DNA from: Pristiophorus japonicus
Taxonomy: Eukaryota
Reading direction: 5' to 3'
NCBI RefSeq assembly: GCF_044704955.1
Contig: NC_092002.1
Coordinates: 26,908,001-26,972,000, forward strand
DNA length: 64,000 nt
Under the pieces are notes generated by a model. The model worked only from the letters and a program-made list of their open reading frames with translations. It was not told the origin of the DNA and made no database searches. The translations under genes and the position numbers were made by a program. Below are positions 52,301 to 64,000 of this stretch, one piece after another (position 1 is the first letter of the stretch; every line of letters begins with the position of its first letter).

Positions 52301-55300
52301 ATTGATCAAGCGTGGCCCCTTGGTTATTGGTCAAGGGATGGGCCCTCAGACATTGGTCAAGGGATGAGCCACTCGGACATTGGTCAATTGTGGGGCCTTC
52401 GGCATTGGTCAAGGGTGGGCCCTCGGACATTGGTCAAGGGGTGGGCCCTCAGACATTGGTCAAGGGGTGGGCCCTCGGACATTGGTCAAGGGTGGCCCCT
52501 CGGACATTGGTCAAGGGGTGGATCCTTGGACATTGGTCAAGGTTGGGCCCCTCGGACATTGGTCAAGTGCTGGGGCCCTCGGACATTAGTCAAGTGGTGG
52601 GAACCTCGGACATTGGTCAAGTTGTGGTCTCCTCGGACATTAGTCAAGGGGAGGGCACTTGGTCATTGGGCAAGGGATCCCCTCGGACATTGGTCAAGGG
52701 ATGGGCCCCTGGGACATTGGTCAAGGGGTGGGCCATTTGGACATTGGTCAAGGGGTGGGCCCTTCGGACATTGGTCAAGGGGTGCGACACTCGGAAATTG
52801 GTGAAGGGATGGGCCCCTCGGACTTCTTTCAAGGTTGGGCCCTCGGACATTGGTCAAGCGGTGGGGCCCTCGGTCATTGGTCAAGAGGTGGGGCTTTCCA
52901 TCAATGGTCAAGGGGTGTGGCTTTCCATCAATGGTCAAGGGGTGGGCCCCTCGGACATTAGTCAAGGGGTGGAGCCCCTTGGACATTGGTCAAGTGTTGG
53001 GCTTTCGGTTATTGGTCAAGGGTGGCCCCTCGGATATTGGTCAAGGGATGGGCCCTCGGACATTGGTTAAGGGGTGGGCCCCTCGGATATTAGTCAGGAG
53101 GTGGGACCCTCGGACATGGGTCAAGGGGTGGGTCCCTCGGCCGTTGGTCAAGGGGTGGGTCCGTCGGCCATTGGTCAAGGGTGGGGCCCTCGGACATTGG
53201 TCAAGGGTGGAGCCCTCGGACATTGGTCAAGGGTGGGGCACTCAGACATTGGTCAAGGATGGGGCCCTCGGACATTGGTCAAGGGTGGGGCCCTCTGACA
53301 TTGTTCAAGGGGTGGGGCTTTCGGACATTGATCAAGCGTGGCCCCTTGGTTATTGGTCAAGGGATGGGCCCTCAGACATTGGTCAAGGGATGAGCCACTC
53401 GGACATTGGTCAATTGTGGGGACTTCGGCATTGGTCAAGGGTGGGCCCTCGGACATTGGTCAAGGGATGGGCCCCTCGGACATTGGTCAAGGGGTGGGCC
53501 CTCGGACATTGGTCAAGGGGTGGGCCCTCGGACATTGGTCAAGGGTAGCCCCCATTGGTCAAGGGTGGGCCCCTCAGTCATTGGTCAAGGTGTTGGCCTC
53601 TCGGACATTGGTCAAGGGGTGGGTCCTTGGACATTGGTCAAGGGTGGGACCCTCGGACATTGGTCAAGTGCTGGGGCCCTCGGACATTAGTCAAGTGGTG
53701 GGAACCTCGGACATTGGTCAAGCGATGGGCCCCTCGGACATTGGTCAAGTTGTGGTCTCCTCGGACATTAGTCAAGGGGAGGGCACTTGGTCATTGGTCA
53801 AGGGATCCCCTCGGACATTGGTCAAGGGATGGGCCCCTGGGACATTGCTCAAGGGGTGGGCCGCTCGGACATTGGTCAAGGGGTGCGGCTTCAAACATTG
53901 GTCAAGAGGTTGGGCCTTCAGAAATTGGTCAAGGGGTGGGGCCTTCAGACATTGGTCAAGGGTTGGGGCTTCTAAACATTGGTCAAGGGTGGGGCCTTCG
54001 GCATTGGTCAAGGGTGGGGCCTTCGGCATTGATCAAGTGTGAGGCCTTCTGGCATTGGTCAAGGGGTGGGGCCCTCGGACATTGGTCAAGGGGTGGGGCC
54101 CTCGGACATTGGTCAAGTTGTGGGCCCTCGGCCATTGGTCAAGGGGTGGGACCTTCGATCATTGGTCAAGGGGTGGGGCTTTCGGTAATTGGTCTAGGGT
54201 GGCCCCTCGGTCATTAGTCAAGGGATGGGCCCCTCGGACATTGGTCAATGGGTGGGCCCTCGGGCATTGTTCAAGGATGGGGCTTTTGGACATGGTCAAG
54301 GGGTGGGGCCTTCGGACATTGGTCAAGGGGTGAGGCCTTGAGACATTGGTCAAGTTGTGGGCCCCTTGGACAATGGTCAAGGGGGGCCCATCGGTCATTG
54401 GTGAAGGGGAGGGGCAGTCAGGCATTGGTCAAGGGGTGGGTACTCGGACATAGGTCAAGGGTGGGCCCCTCTGACATTGGTCACGGGTGGGGCCTTTAGA
54501 CATTGGTCAAGGCTGGCGCCCTCGGACAATGGTCAAGTGGTGCAGCCCTCGGACATTGGTCAAGGGATGGGCCCCTCGGACATTGGTAAAGGGGTGGGCC
54601 CTTGGACATTAGTCAAGGGGTGGGCCCTTCAGACATTGGTCAAGGGGTTGACCGCTCAGACATTGGCCAAGGGGTAGGACCCTCGGACATTGGTCAAAGG
54701 TTGGGCCCCTCGGACATTGGTTAAGAGATGGGCCCCTCGGACATTGATCAAGGGGGCTACTCTGTCATTGGTCAAGGCGAGGGACCGTCAAACATTGGTC
54801 AAGGGTGGGACCCTCGGACATTGGTCAAGGGGTGGGTCCTCGGACATTGGTCAAGGGTGGGCCCCTCTGACATTGGTCAAGGGTGGGGCCGTTGGACATT
54901 GGTCAAGGGTGGGGCCTTCAGACATTGGTCAAGGCTGGGGCCCTCGGACAATGGTAAAGGGGTGGGGCCCACGGACATTGGTCAAGGGTGGGCCCCACGG
55001 ACATTGGTCAAGGGGTGGGGCCCTCGGTCATTGGTCAATGGGTGGGGCTTTCGGTCATTGGTCAAGGGGTGGGCCCCTCTGACATTGGTCAAGGCTGGGG
55101 CCTTCAGACATTGGCCAAGGGTGGGGCCATCGGACATTGGTCAAGGGATGGGCCCCTCGGACATTGGTTAAGGGGTGGGCCCCTCGGATATTGGTCAAGA
55201 GGGGAGACCCTCAGACATTGGTTAAGCGTCTGGGCCCCTCGGACATTGGTCAAGAGGGGAGACCCTCCGACATTGGTCAAGGTATGGCCCTTCGGACATT

Positions 55301-58300
55301 GGTCAAGGCTTGGGCCCCTCAGACATTGGTTAAGTTGTGGGTCCCTCGGACATTGGTCAAGGTGTTGGCCGCTCGGACATTGGTCAAGGGGTGGGACCCT
55401 CGGATATTGGTCATGGGTGTGGCCATCGGACATTGGTCAAGGAGTAGGACCCTCGGACATTGGTCAAGGGGTGGGGCCCTCGGACATTGGTCAAGGGTGG
55501 GCCCCTCGGACTTTGGTCAAGGGGTGGGCCCTCGGACATTGGTCAAGGGGTGGGCCCCTCGGACATTGGTCAAGGGGTTGGCCGCTCGGACATTGGTCAA
55601 GGGTGGGGCCTTCAGAATTTGGTCAAGGGGTGGGCCCCTAGGACATTGGTCAAGTTGTGGGCCCTCGATTATTGGTCACGGGGTGGGGCTCTCGGTCATT
55701 GGTCAAGGTGTTGGCCACTCGGACATTGTTCAAGGGGTGGGCCCTCGGACATTGGTCAAGGGTGGCCCCTCGGTCATTGTTCAAGGGTTGGGCCCTCGGA
55801 CATTGGCCAACTTGTTGAGCCCCTCGGACATTGGTCAATTTGTTGAGCCCCTCGGACATTGGTTAAGGGGTGGGCCCCAGGACATTGGTCAAGGGGTGGG
55901 CCCTCGGACATTGGTCCAGGCTGGCCCCTCGGTCATTGGTCAAAGGTGGGCCCCTCAGTCATTGGTCAAGGTGTTGGCCTCTCGGACATTGTTCAAGGGG
56001 TGGGTCCTTGGACATTGGTCAAGTGGTGGGGCTCTCGGACATTAGTCAAGTTGTGGGCCCCTCGGACATTGGTCAAGGGATGGGCACTTGGACATTGGTC
56101 AAAGGAGGCCCCTTGGACATTGGTCAAGGGGTGGGCCCCTGGGTCATTGGTCAAGGGTGAGCCCCTCGGACATTGGTCAAGGGGTTTGCCGCTCGGACAT
56201 TGGTCAAGGGTTGGGCCATCAGACTTTGGTCAAGGGGTGGGCCACTCGGACATTGGTCAAGTTGTGGGCCCTCGGTTATTGGTCAAAGGGTGGGGCCCTC
56301 GGTTATTCGTCAAGGGGTGGGGATTTCGGTCATTGGTCAAGGGTGGCACCATGGTCATTGGTCAAAAGATGGGCCCCTTGGACATTGGTCAAGGGGTGGG
56401 CCCTTCAGACATTGGTCAAATGGTTGGCCGCTCGGACTTTGGTCAGGGGGTGTGACCTTTGGACATTGGTCAAGATGTGGGCCACTCGGACATTGGTCAA
56501 GGGTGGGGCCCTCGGACATTAGTCAAGGATTGGGCCTTCAGATATTGGTCAAGGGTGGGGCCTTCGGCATTGGTCAAGGGTGGAGCCTTCTGACATTGGT
56601 CAAGGGGTGGAGCCTTCTGACATTGGTCAAGGGGTGGGGCCCTCGGACATTGGTCAAGGGGTGGGGCCCTAGGACATTGGTCAATGGGTGGGCCCTCGGG
56701 CATTGTTCAAGGGTGGGGCCTTTGGACATGGTCAAGGGGTGGGGCCTTGAGACATTGGTCAACTTGTGGGCCCCTTGGACAATGGTCAAGGGGGGCCAAT
56801 CGGTCATTGGTGAAGGGGAGGGGCAGTCAGGCATTGGTCAAGGGGTGGGTGCTCGGACATAGGTCAAGGGTGTGCCCCTCTGACATTGGTCAAGGGTGGG
56901 GCCTTTAGACATTGGTCAAGGCTGGCGCCCTCGGACAATGGTCAAGTGGTGTAGCCCTCGGATATTGGTCAAGGGATGGGCCCCTCGGACATTGGTCAAG
57001 GGGTGGGCCCTTGGACATTAGTCAAGGGGTTGGCCCTTCGGACATTGGTCAAGGGGTTGACCACTCAGACATTGGCCAAGGGGTAGGACACTCGGACATT
57101 GGTCAAAGGTTGGACCCCTCGGACATTGGTTAAAGGATGGGCCTCTCGGACGTTGGTCAAGAGGGCTACTCTGTCATTGGTCAAGGCGAGGGGCCGTCAA
57201 ACATTGGTCAAGGGGTCCCCTCGGACATTGATCAAAGAGTGGGCCCCTCGGACATTGGTCAAGGGGTGGGCCCCTCGGATATTGGTCAAGAGGTGGGGCC
57301 TTCAGACATTGGTCTAGGGGTGGGGCCTTCAGACATTGGTCAAGGGTTGGGGCTTTCAAACATTGGTCAAGGGTGAGGCCCTCGGACTTTGGTCAAGGGT
57401 GGCCCCTCGTTCATTGGTCAAGGGATGGGCCCCTCGGACATTGGTCGAGTTGTGGGCCCTTCGGACATTGGTCAAGGGGTGGGCATTTGGACATTGGTCA
57501 AAGGGGGCCCCTCGGACATTGGTCAAGGGTGAGCCCCTCGGACATTGGTCAAGGGGTTTGCCGCTCGGACATTGGTCAAGGGTGGGGCCATCAGACTTTG
57601 GTCAAGGGGTGGGCCACTCGGACATTGGTCAAGTTGTGGGCCCTCGGTTATTGGTCAAAGGTTGGGGCCCTCGGTTATTCGTCAAGGGGTGGGGTTTTCG
57701 GTCATTGGTCAAGGGTGGCACCGTGGTCATTGGTCAAGAGATGGGCCCCTTGGACATTAGTCAAGGCGTGGGCCCTTGGACATTGGTCAAGGGGTGGGCC
57801 CTTCAGACATTGGTCAAATGGTTAGCCGCTCGGACTTTGGTCAGGGGGTGGGGCCTTCGGACATTGGTCAAGATGTGGGCCACTCGGACATTGGTCAAGG
57901 ATGGGGCCTTCGGACATTGGTCAAGGGGTGGGCCCTCGGACATTGGTCAAGGGTGGGCCCTTTGGACATTGATCAATGGTGTGGGCCCTTCGGACATTGG
58001 TCAAGGTTGGGGCCCTCGGACATTAGTCAAGGATTGGGTCTTCAGATATTGGTCAAGGGTGGGGCCTTCGGCATTGGTCAAGGGTGGGGCCTTCGGCATT
58101 GGTCAAGTGTGGGACCTTCTGACATTGGTCAAGGGGTGGGGCCCTCGGACATTGGTCAAGGTGTGGGGCCCTCGGACATTGGTCAATGGGTGGGCCCTCG
58201 GGCATTGTTCAAGGGTGGGGCCTTTGGACATGGTCAAGGGGTGGGGCCTTCGGACATTGGTCAAGGGGTGGGGCCTTGAGACATTGGTCAACTTGTGGGC

Positions 58301-60520
58301 CCCTTGGACAATGGTCAAGGGGGGCCAATCGGTCATTGGTGAAGGGGAGGGGCAGTCAGGCATTGGTCAAGGGGTGGGTGCTCGGACATAGGTCAAGGGT
58401 GTGCCCCTCTGACATTGGTCAAGGGGTTGACCACTCAGACATTGGCCAAGGGGTAGGACACTCGGACATTGGTCAAGGGGTGGGGCCCTCGGACATTGGT
58501 CAAGGGTGGGGCCTACAGACATTGGTCAAGGCTAGGGCCCTCGGACATTGGTCAAGGGGTTGGGCTTTCGGTTATTGGTCGAGGGTGGCCCCTCGGTCAT
58601 TGGTCAAGTGATGGGCCTTTGGACATTGGTCAAGGGATGGGCTCGTCGGACATTGGTTAAGGGGTGGCCCCTCGGATATTGGTTAAGTGGTGGGTTCCTC
58701 GGACATTGGTCAAGGTGTTGGCCGCTCGGACATTGGTCATGGAGTGGGGCCCTCGGATATTGGTCATGGGTGTGGCCCTCGGACATTGGTCAAGGAGTAG
58801 GACCCTCGGACATTGGTCAAGGGGTGGGGCCCTCGGACATTGGTCAAGGGTGGGCCCCTTGGACTTTGGTCAAGGGGTGGGCCCTTGGACATTGGTCAAG
58901 GGATGGGCCCCTCGGACATTGGTCAAGGGATGGGCCATCAGAATTTGGTCAAGGGGTGGGCCCCTAGGACATTGGTCAAGTTGTGGGCCCTCGATTATTG
59001 GTCATGGGGTGGGGCCCTCGGTCATTGGTCAAGGTGTTGGCCACTCGGACATTGTTCAAGGGGTGGGCCCTCGGACATTGGTCAAGGGTGGCCCCTCGGC
59101 CATTGGTCAAGGGTTGGGCCCCTCAGACATTGGTCAAGGGATGGGCCCCTCAGACATTGGTGAAGTTGTGGGCCCCTTGGACATTGGTTAAGGGGTGAGC
59201 CCTTGGACATTGGTCAAGGGGTGGGCCTTTCGGACATTGGTCAAGGTTGGGCCCCTCTGACATTGGTCAAGGGTGGGGCCTTCAGACATTGGTCAAGGGT
59301 GGGCCCTCGGACAATGGTCAAGGGGTGGGGCCATCGGACGTTGGTCTAGGGTGGGCCCCACGGACATTGGTCAAGGGGTGGGCACCACGGACATTGGTCA
59401 AGGGTGGTCCCTTCGGACATTGGTCAAGGTTGGGCCCCTCTGTCATTGCTCAAGGGTGGGGCCCTCGGACATTGGTCAAGGGTGGGGCCTTCAGACATTG
59501 GTCAAGGTTGGGGCCCTCGGACAGTGGTCAAGGGTGGGCCTCTCGGACATTGGTCAAGGGATGGGCCCTTCGGACATTGGTCAAGCTTGGTCCCCTCTGT
59601 CATTGCTCAAGGGTGGGGCCCTCGGACATTGGTCAAGGTTGGGGCCCTCGGACAATGGTCAAGGGGTGGGGCCCTCTGACGTTGGTCAAGGGTGGGCCTC
59701 TCGGACATTGGTCAAGTGATGGGCCCCTCGGGCATTGGTCAAGGGGTGGGCCCCTTGGACATTGGTCAAAGGTGGGGCCTTCAGACATTGGTGAAGGGTG
59801 GGGCCCTCGGACATTGGTCAAGGGGTGGGGCCCCTCGTACATTGGTCAAGGGGTTGGGCTTTTGTTTATTGGTCAAGCGTGGCCCCTTGGTCATTGGTCA
59901 AGGGATGGGCCTTCGGACATTGGTCAAGTGTGGGGCACTCGGACATTGGTCAAGGGTGGGGCCCTCGGACATTGGTCAATGATGGTGCCCTCAGACATTG
60001 GTCAAGGGGTGGGCCCTCGGACATTGGTCAAGGGGTGGGACCCTCAGACATTGGTCAAGGGGTGGGTCACTTGGACATTGGTCAAGGGGTGGGCCCTTGG
60101 TCATTGGTCAAGTGTGGGCCCTTGGACATTGGTCAAGTGTGGGCCCTCAGACATTGGTCAAGGGTTGGGGCCCTCGGATATTGGTCAAGGATGGGACCTT
60201 CAGACATTGGTCAAGTGTGGGCCCTTGGACATTGGTCAAGTGTGGGCCCTCGGACATTGGTCAAGTGTGGGCCCTCAGACATTGGTCAAGGGTTGGGGCC
60301 CTCGGATATTGGTCAAGGATGGGACCTTCAGACATTGGTCAAGGGTGGGCCCTTTGACATTAGTCAATGGGAGGGCCCTCGGTCATTGGTCAAGGGTTGG
60401 GGCCCTCGGATATTGGTCAAGGATGGGGCCTTCAGACATTGGTCAAGGGTGGGCCCTTTGACATTAGTCAATGGGAGGGCCCTCGGTCATTGCTTAAGGG
60501 TTGGGGCACTCGGACAATTC
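25370..60520 (+). repeat. Satellite B: ~35-kb intronic tandem array, 24-27-bp unit, consensus about GGACATTGGTCAAGGGGTGGGCCCTC, roughly 1,350-1,400 units
   Basis: Direct reading; conserved core CATTGGTCAAG with a variable G/C-rich spacer; copy number estimated from length divided by period. Confidence 0.98.
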
Positions 60521-60629
60521 TTTTTGACCACTGTTTGATCTCAGTTTTATTGATTGTTTTACATCAGTCCTTCCTGCTGAGAGTGTTCTGGTATAAAGAT
60601 CAGCATCTCAATAGAGGAAAGTCCAGTTA

Positions 60630-61072
60630 AAACATAGGAACACAAGGAGACCGTTCAGCCTCTCCAGCCTGTTCCACCATTCAGTTAGATCGATGCTAAT
60701 CTGTCGTTTAACTTCATTTAACTGCCTTGGTTCCGTCTGTCGATCTCAGTTTTGAAATTTTCAATTGACCCACGGCCTGAACAGCTTTTTGGGGGCGTGA
60801 GTTCCAGATTCCCACTCCCCTTTCTGTGCTTCCTGACATCACCCCTGGGTGGCCTAGTTTTCATGTTAAGGTTATGCCCCCTTGCTCTGGACTCTTTCCC
60901 CCTCCCACCAGAAGAGTCACCATCTACTCTATCAAATCCTTTAATCATCTTAAACACATCAATTACTTTACCCCTTAATCTTCTACACTCGCGGGAATAC
61001 AAGCCCAGTCTGTGTAGCCTGTCCTCGTAATGTACCTTTTACCCTGGTATCACTACACTGCACCCCCTCCTT
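60630..61072 (-). mobile_element. Old 5'-truncated CR1 fragment
   Basis: ORF 60718-61002 resembles the ORF2 C-terminus (YSRECRRLRGKVIDVFKMIKGFDRVD...RARGHNL); tail remnant AACATAGGAAC. Confidence 0.8.
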
Positions 61073-61077
61073 CCCCA

Positions 61078-62602
61078 AATATAAACAGGACATGCTGGGA
61101 ACACTCAGCAAGTCAGGCAGCATCTGTGAAGAGAGTTAACGTTTCAGGTCTGTGACCTTTCATCAGAACTGAGAAAGTTAGAGATGCAACAGTGCAGGGG
61201 CAGGGAAAGGGGGAGGGCAGGGAAGTACAGAAGGGAAGGTCTGTGGTAGTGTGGGAGGCAGGAGAGATTGAATGACAAATGATGGTGCAAGATGAAAGGA
61301 GATGGTAATGGGACAAGTAAAGAAACAAGAGATAAGTCTAGACAGGGTGTGAATGGGAATATCAGAAATATCAGCTAGAGCCGGCATCAGGAAAACATGT
61401 GGGCAGAGGTTACGGTCTGAAATTGTTGAACTCGATGTTGAGTCCGGAAGGCTGTAAAATGCCTAAACAAAAGATGAGGTGCTGTCCCTCCAGCTTGCGT
61501 TGGAAAGTGCAGGAGGCCGAGGACGGAGAGGTCAGAGTGGGAGTGGAGCGGAGAATTAAAGTGACCGGAAGCTCGCGGACTGAACGGAGAAGTTCCACAA
61601 AGCGGTCACCCAATCTACGCTTGGTCTCCCCAGTGTAGAGACCACCACATCGTGAGCAGCGAATACAGAATACTACATTGAAAGTAGTACAAGTAAATCG
61701 CTGTTTCACCGGGAAGGAGTGTTTGGGGCCCTGGACAGTGGGAAGGGAGGGGGTAAAAGGGCAGGTGTTGCATCTCCAGCGCTTGCACGGGAAGGTGCCT
61801 TGGGAAGGGGAGGGGGTGCTGGGGGTAACTGCGGAATGGACCAGGGTATCGGGGAAGGAGCGGTCCCTGCGGAACGCTGAGGGGGGAGGGGAGGGGAAGA
61901 TGTGATTGGTGGTGGGATCACGCTGGAGGTGGCGGAAATGGCGGAGGATGATCCATGGAACGTGGAGGCTGGTGGGGTGAAAGGTGAGGACAAGGGGAAC
62001 CCTGTCCTGGTTCTGAGAGGGAGGGGAAGGGCTGAGAGCAGAGGTGCGGGAAATAGAACGGACACGGGCGAGGGCCATGTTAACCACGGCGGAGGGGAAT
62101 CCTCGGTTGAGGAAAAAGGAAGACATGTCAGAGACACTAGTGTGGAAGGTGGCATCGTCAGAGCAGATGCGACGGAGACAGAGAAACTGGGCGAATGGAA
62201 TGGAGTCCTTACAGGAAGCGGGCTGGGAGGAAGTGTAGGCCAGGTAGCTGTGGGAGTCAGTGGGCTTATAGTGGATACTGGTCGAAAGCCTATTCCCAGA
62301 GATGGAGACAGAAAGTCGAGGAAGGGAAGGGGAGAGTCGGAGATGGACCATGTGAAGGTGGGGGAAGGGTGGAAATTTGATGCAAAGTGAATGAAATTTT
62401 CCAGTTTGGGGCGAGAGCAGGAAACAGCATCGATACAGTCATCAATGTACCGGAAAAAGAGGTGAGGGAGAGGACCCGAGTATATTCCACATATCCCACG
62501 AAGAGGCAGGCATAGCCAGGACCCTTGCGGGTTCCCATCGCAGCCCCTTTTATGTGGAGGAAGTGAGAGGAGTTGAAGGAGAAGTTGTTCAATGTGAGAG
62601 CA
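61078..62602 (-). mobile_element. Penelope-like retroelement, 5'-truncated: RT remnant, GIY-YIG endonuclease and terminal repeat region
   Basis: LTLNNFSFN..HIKGAAMGTRKGPGYACLF, FFRYIDDC, LPFLD, YKPTDSHSYL (PLE RT); CxxxxCxxC and VVFCIRCSRCGGLYTGETKRRLGDRF...LQPSGLN (GIY-YIG); frameshifted. Confidence 0.9.
61134..61170 (-). ncRNA. Minimal type I hammerhead ribozyme motif in the Penelope terminal repeat
   Basis: Minus strand reads AGTT-CTGATGA-A-AGGTC-ACA-GACCT-GAAA-CG-TT-AACT: helix I (AGTT/AACT), conserved core, 5-bp helix II, palindromic minimal helix III. Confidence 0.75.
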
Positions 62603-62886
62603 GGTTGAGGGAGGCGGTGGAGGAGCGTGGGTGGGGGCTGGGCGGGACCCCTCACTCGGGGCCGAAGCAGCAAGCCCCCCTTCCGGAGGTGAGCTGAAGG
62701 CGGTGTCCAGGTGGGGTCTAACTCGGGCTTCGGTACGGTGCACGGTGCCGGCCCACCGCTGTCTGCCTCACCGGTGAGCCAGGTCGAATGGCGAGATGTT
62801 GCTGCATTTACACCGTTGATACAAGGCACAGGAGGCGCAGGCTTGTCCATTTCAGTCAAAATACCCTTTCAACAATGTGATGATTG

Positions 62887-63130
62887 TTAATTACTCCCTG
62901 TCAACCTCTGGCACGGAAAACTGACTATTCCAATGTGGAGCCCCATTCCTTCAGCTTTTAATTGCTGTTGGAGATTTCCCGTGTAAGCGTTTACCACATT
63001 CCCCTCATCAGCTGCAACCAGTTCCTTTATATCCCTTGGCTGTTCTTTATACCGCTCCCAGTCTGTGGACTCGCGACCGTTCTTTGCCTTCAAAGCAGCC
63101 CTTTCCATTATTTATAAACCTCTCTTTCCC
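62887..63130 (-). mobile_element. Highly degenerate CR1 ORF2-like remnant
   Basis: Weak peptide similarity only (DWERYKEQ; DEGNVVNAY resembles VDxGxxVDVVY). Confidence 0.3.
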
Positions 63131-63249
63131 CGTGTTGAGTTACCGACATCGAGCTCCTGCCCTTCAGGGCTAGTCTGGTCTTGAGCCACACTTCGCACTG
63201 TTCATCCACAGTGTTATCCATTTCTAGTGCGACCCAGTCTATCCACAGA

Positions 63250-63830
63250 CCCCTACCACAGGAGGAGGCCATTCACCCCCTTGTGCCTGTGCCAGACCTA
63301 TCCCATTAATCCCACTGCCCCGCTCTTTTCCCATTGCTTGGTACACTTTTCCCTTCAGTATTTATCCAATTCCTTTTTGAAAGGAAGGCTGTTATTGAAT
63401 CTGCTCTCACTGTCTTTTCAGCGTGCACTCCAGATCACAACTCGCTGCGTAAAAAACTATTTCCTCGTGTCGCCTCGGGTTCAGTTGCTAATCTCCTTAA
63501 ATCTGTGCCTTCTGGTAACCGACCCGTCTGCCCCTGGAAACATTTCTCTTTATCTACTCTATTAAAACCATCCATCATTTTAAACCCCTCCATCAAATCT
63601 CCCCTTCTCTGCTGTAACGAGAACAATCCCAGCTTCTTCAATCTCTCCAAATAACTCCAGTCCCTCATCCCTGGTCTTATTCCAGTAAATCCCTCCTGCA
63701 CCCTCTCCAAGGCCTTGCTACCCCTCCTGAAGTGTGCTGCACAGAATTGGATGCAATACTCCAGCTGATACCTAACTAGTGATTTATAAAGGTTTACCAT
63801 AACGGCCTTGCTTTTTGTACACTATTCCTC
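63250..63830 (-). mobile_element. Old 5'-truncated CR1 fragment (same family as 23547-24620)
   Basis: ORF 63435-63800: LYKSLVRYQLEYCIQF...ALERVQ..FT..LERLKKLGLFSL..RGDL; 3' stem-loop CAGGAGGAGGCCATTC. Confidence 0.85.
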
Positions 63831-63934
63831 TATTAATAATAAAGCTCAATCAATGAGTGTAATCTAAACTGACTTCGCTTAAATTTCACATACTCCTCCG
63901 CTACGTGAACTGACGTGCATAAAGTCACCGGCAC

Positions 63935-64000
63935 TGCTCCCCCACTGTCTGCCCCGCTCTCTCCCCCGCTCTCTCCCCCGCTCTCTCCCCACTCTGCCCC
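63935..64000. repeat. Start of a C-rich 10-12-bp simple repeat (CTCTCCCCCG-like) running off the window
   Basis: Direct reading. Confidence 0.7.

Noticed and set aside
25370-60520. Constant core plus variable spacer resembling a CRISPR array
   Set aside because: The spacers are short, mutually related G/C variants, not unique sequences; there are no cas genes; the context is a vertebrate intron
25257-60630. Hundreds of overlapping ORFs up to 671 aa (SDIGQGVGP / GHWSRGGP / RTLVKGWAP repeats), superficially like a structural repeat protein
   Set aside because: The consensus unit has no stop in any + frame; unit lengths of 24-27 nt shift frame constantly; no frame is preserved and no splice or start context is evident
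61706-62859. 345-aa and 189-aa minus-strand ORFs as independent genes
   Set aside because: Only segments match the Penelope RT, in alternating frames; their upstream parts run into unrelated GC-rich sequence
60520-64000. Next spectrin exon (expected to begin about VRQLQE)
   Set aside because: No matching peptide seen on the + strand; it presumably lies beyond the window

Overview
Vertebrate nuclear DNA, most likely from a cartilaginous fish (inferred from the CR1/Penelope repeat content). The only host coding sequence is two consecutive + strand exons of a beta-spectrin gene, most like SPTBN4 (21301-21505 and 24860-25234). Everything else is intronic. The upstream intron (>21 kb) is a 19-bp-based purine-rich satellite (AGAGAGACACTGAGCCTAT) that has received three CR1 LINEs: two full-length copies and one 5'-truncated copy. 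All three sit at or next to the satellite's palindromic CTATAG core and share short microhomologies with their 3' tails. The two full-length CR1s share a near-identical 5'UTR core plus ORF1 (zinc finger/coiled coil/SGNH esterase) but differ in ORF2, 3' tail and 5' terminus, which points to module swapping. The downstream intron (>38 kb) is mostly one ~35-kb G-rich minisatellite with a 25-26-bp unit and kb-scale higher-order duplications. It is followed by older CR1 fragments and a Penelope-like element (RT + GIY-YIG) carrying a minimal hammerhead-ribozyme motif. The hundreds of ORFs in the satellites are repeat artefacts. All identifications are by eye; no database search was run.
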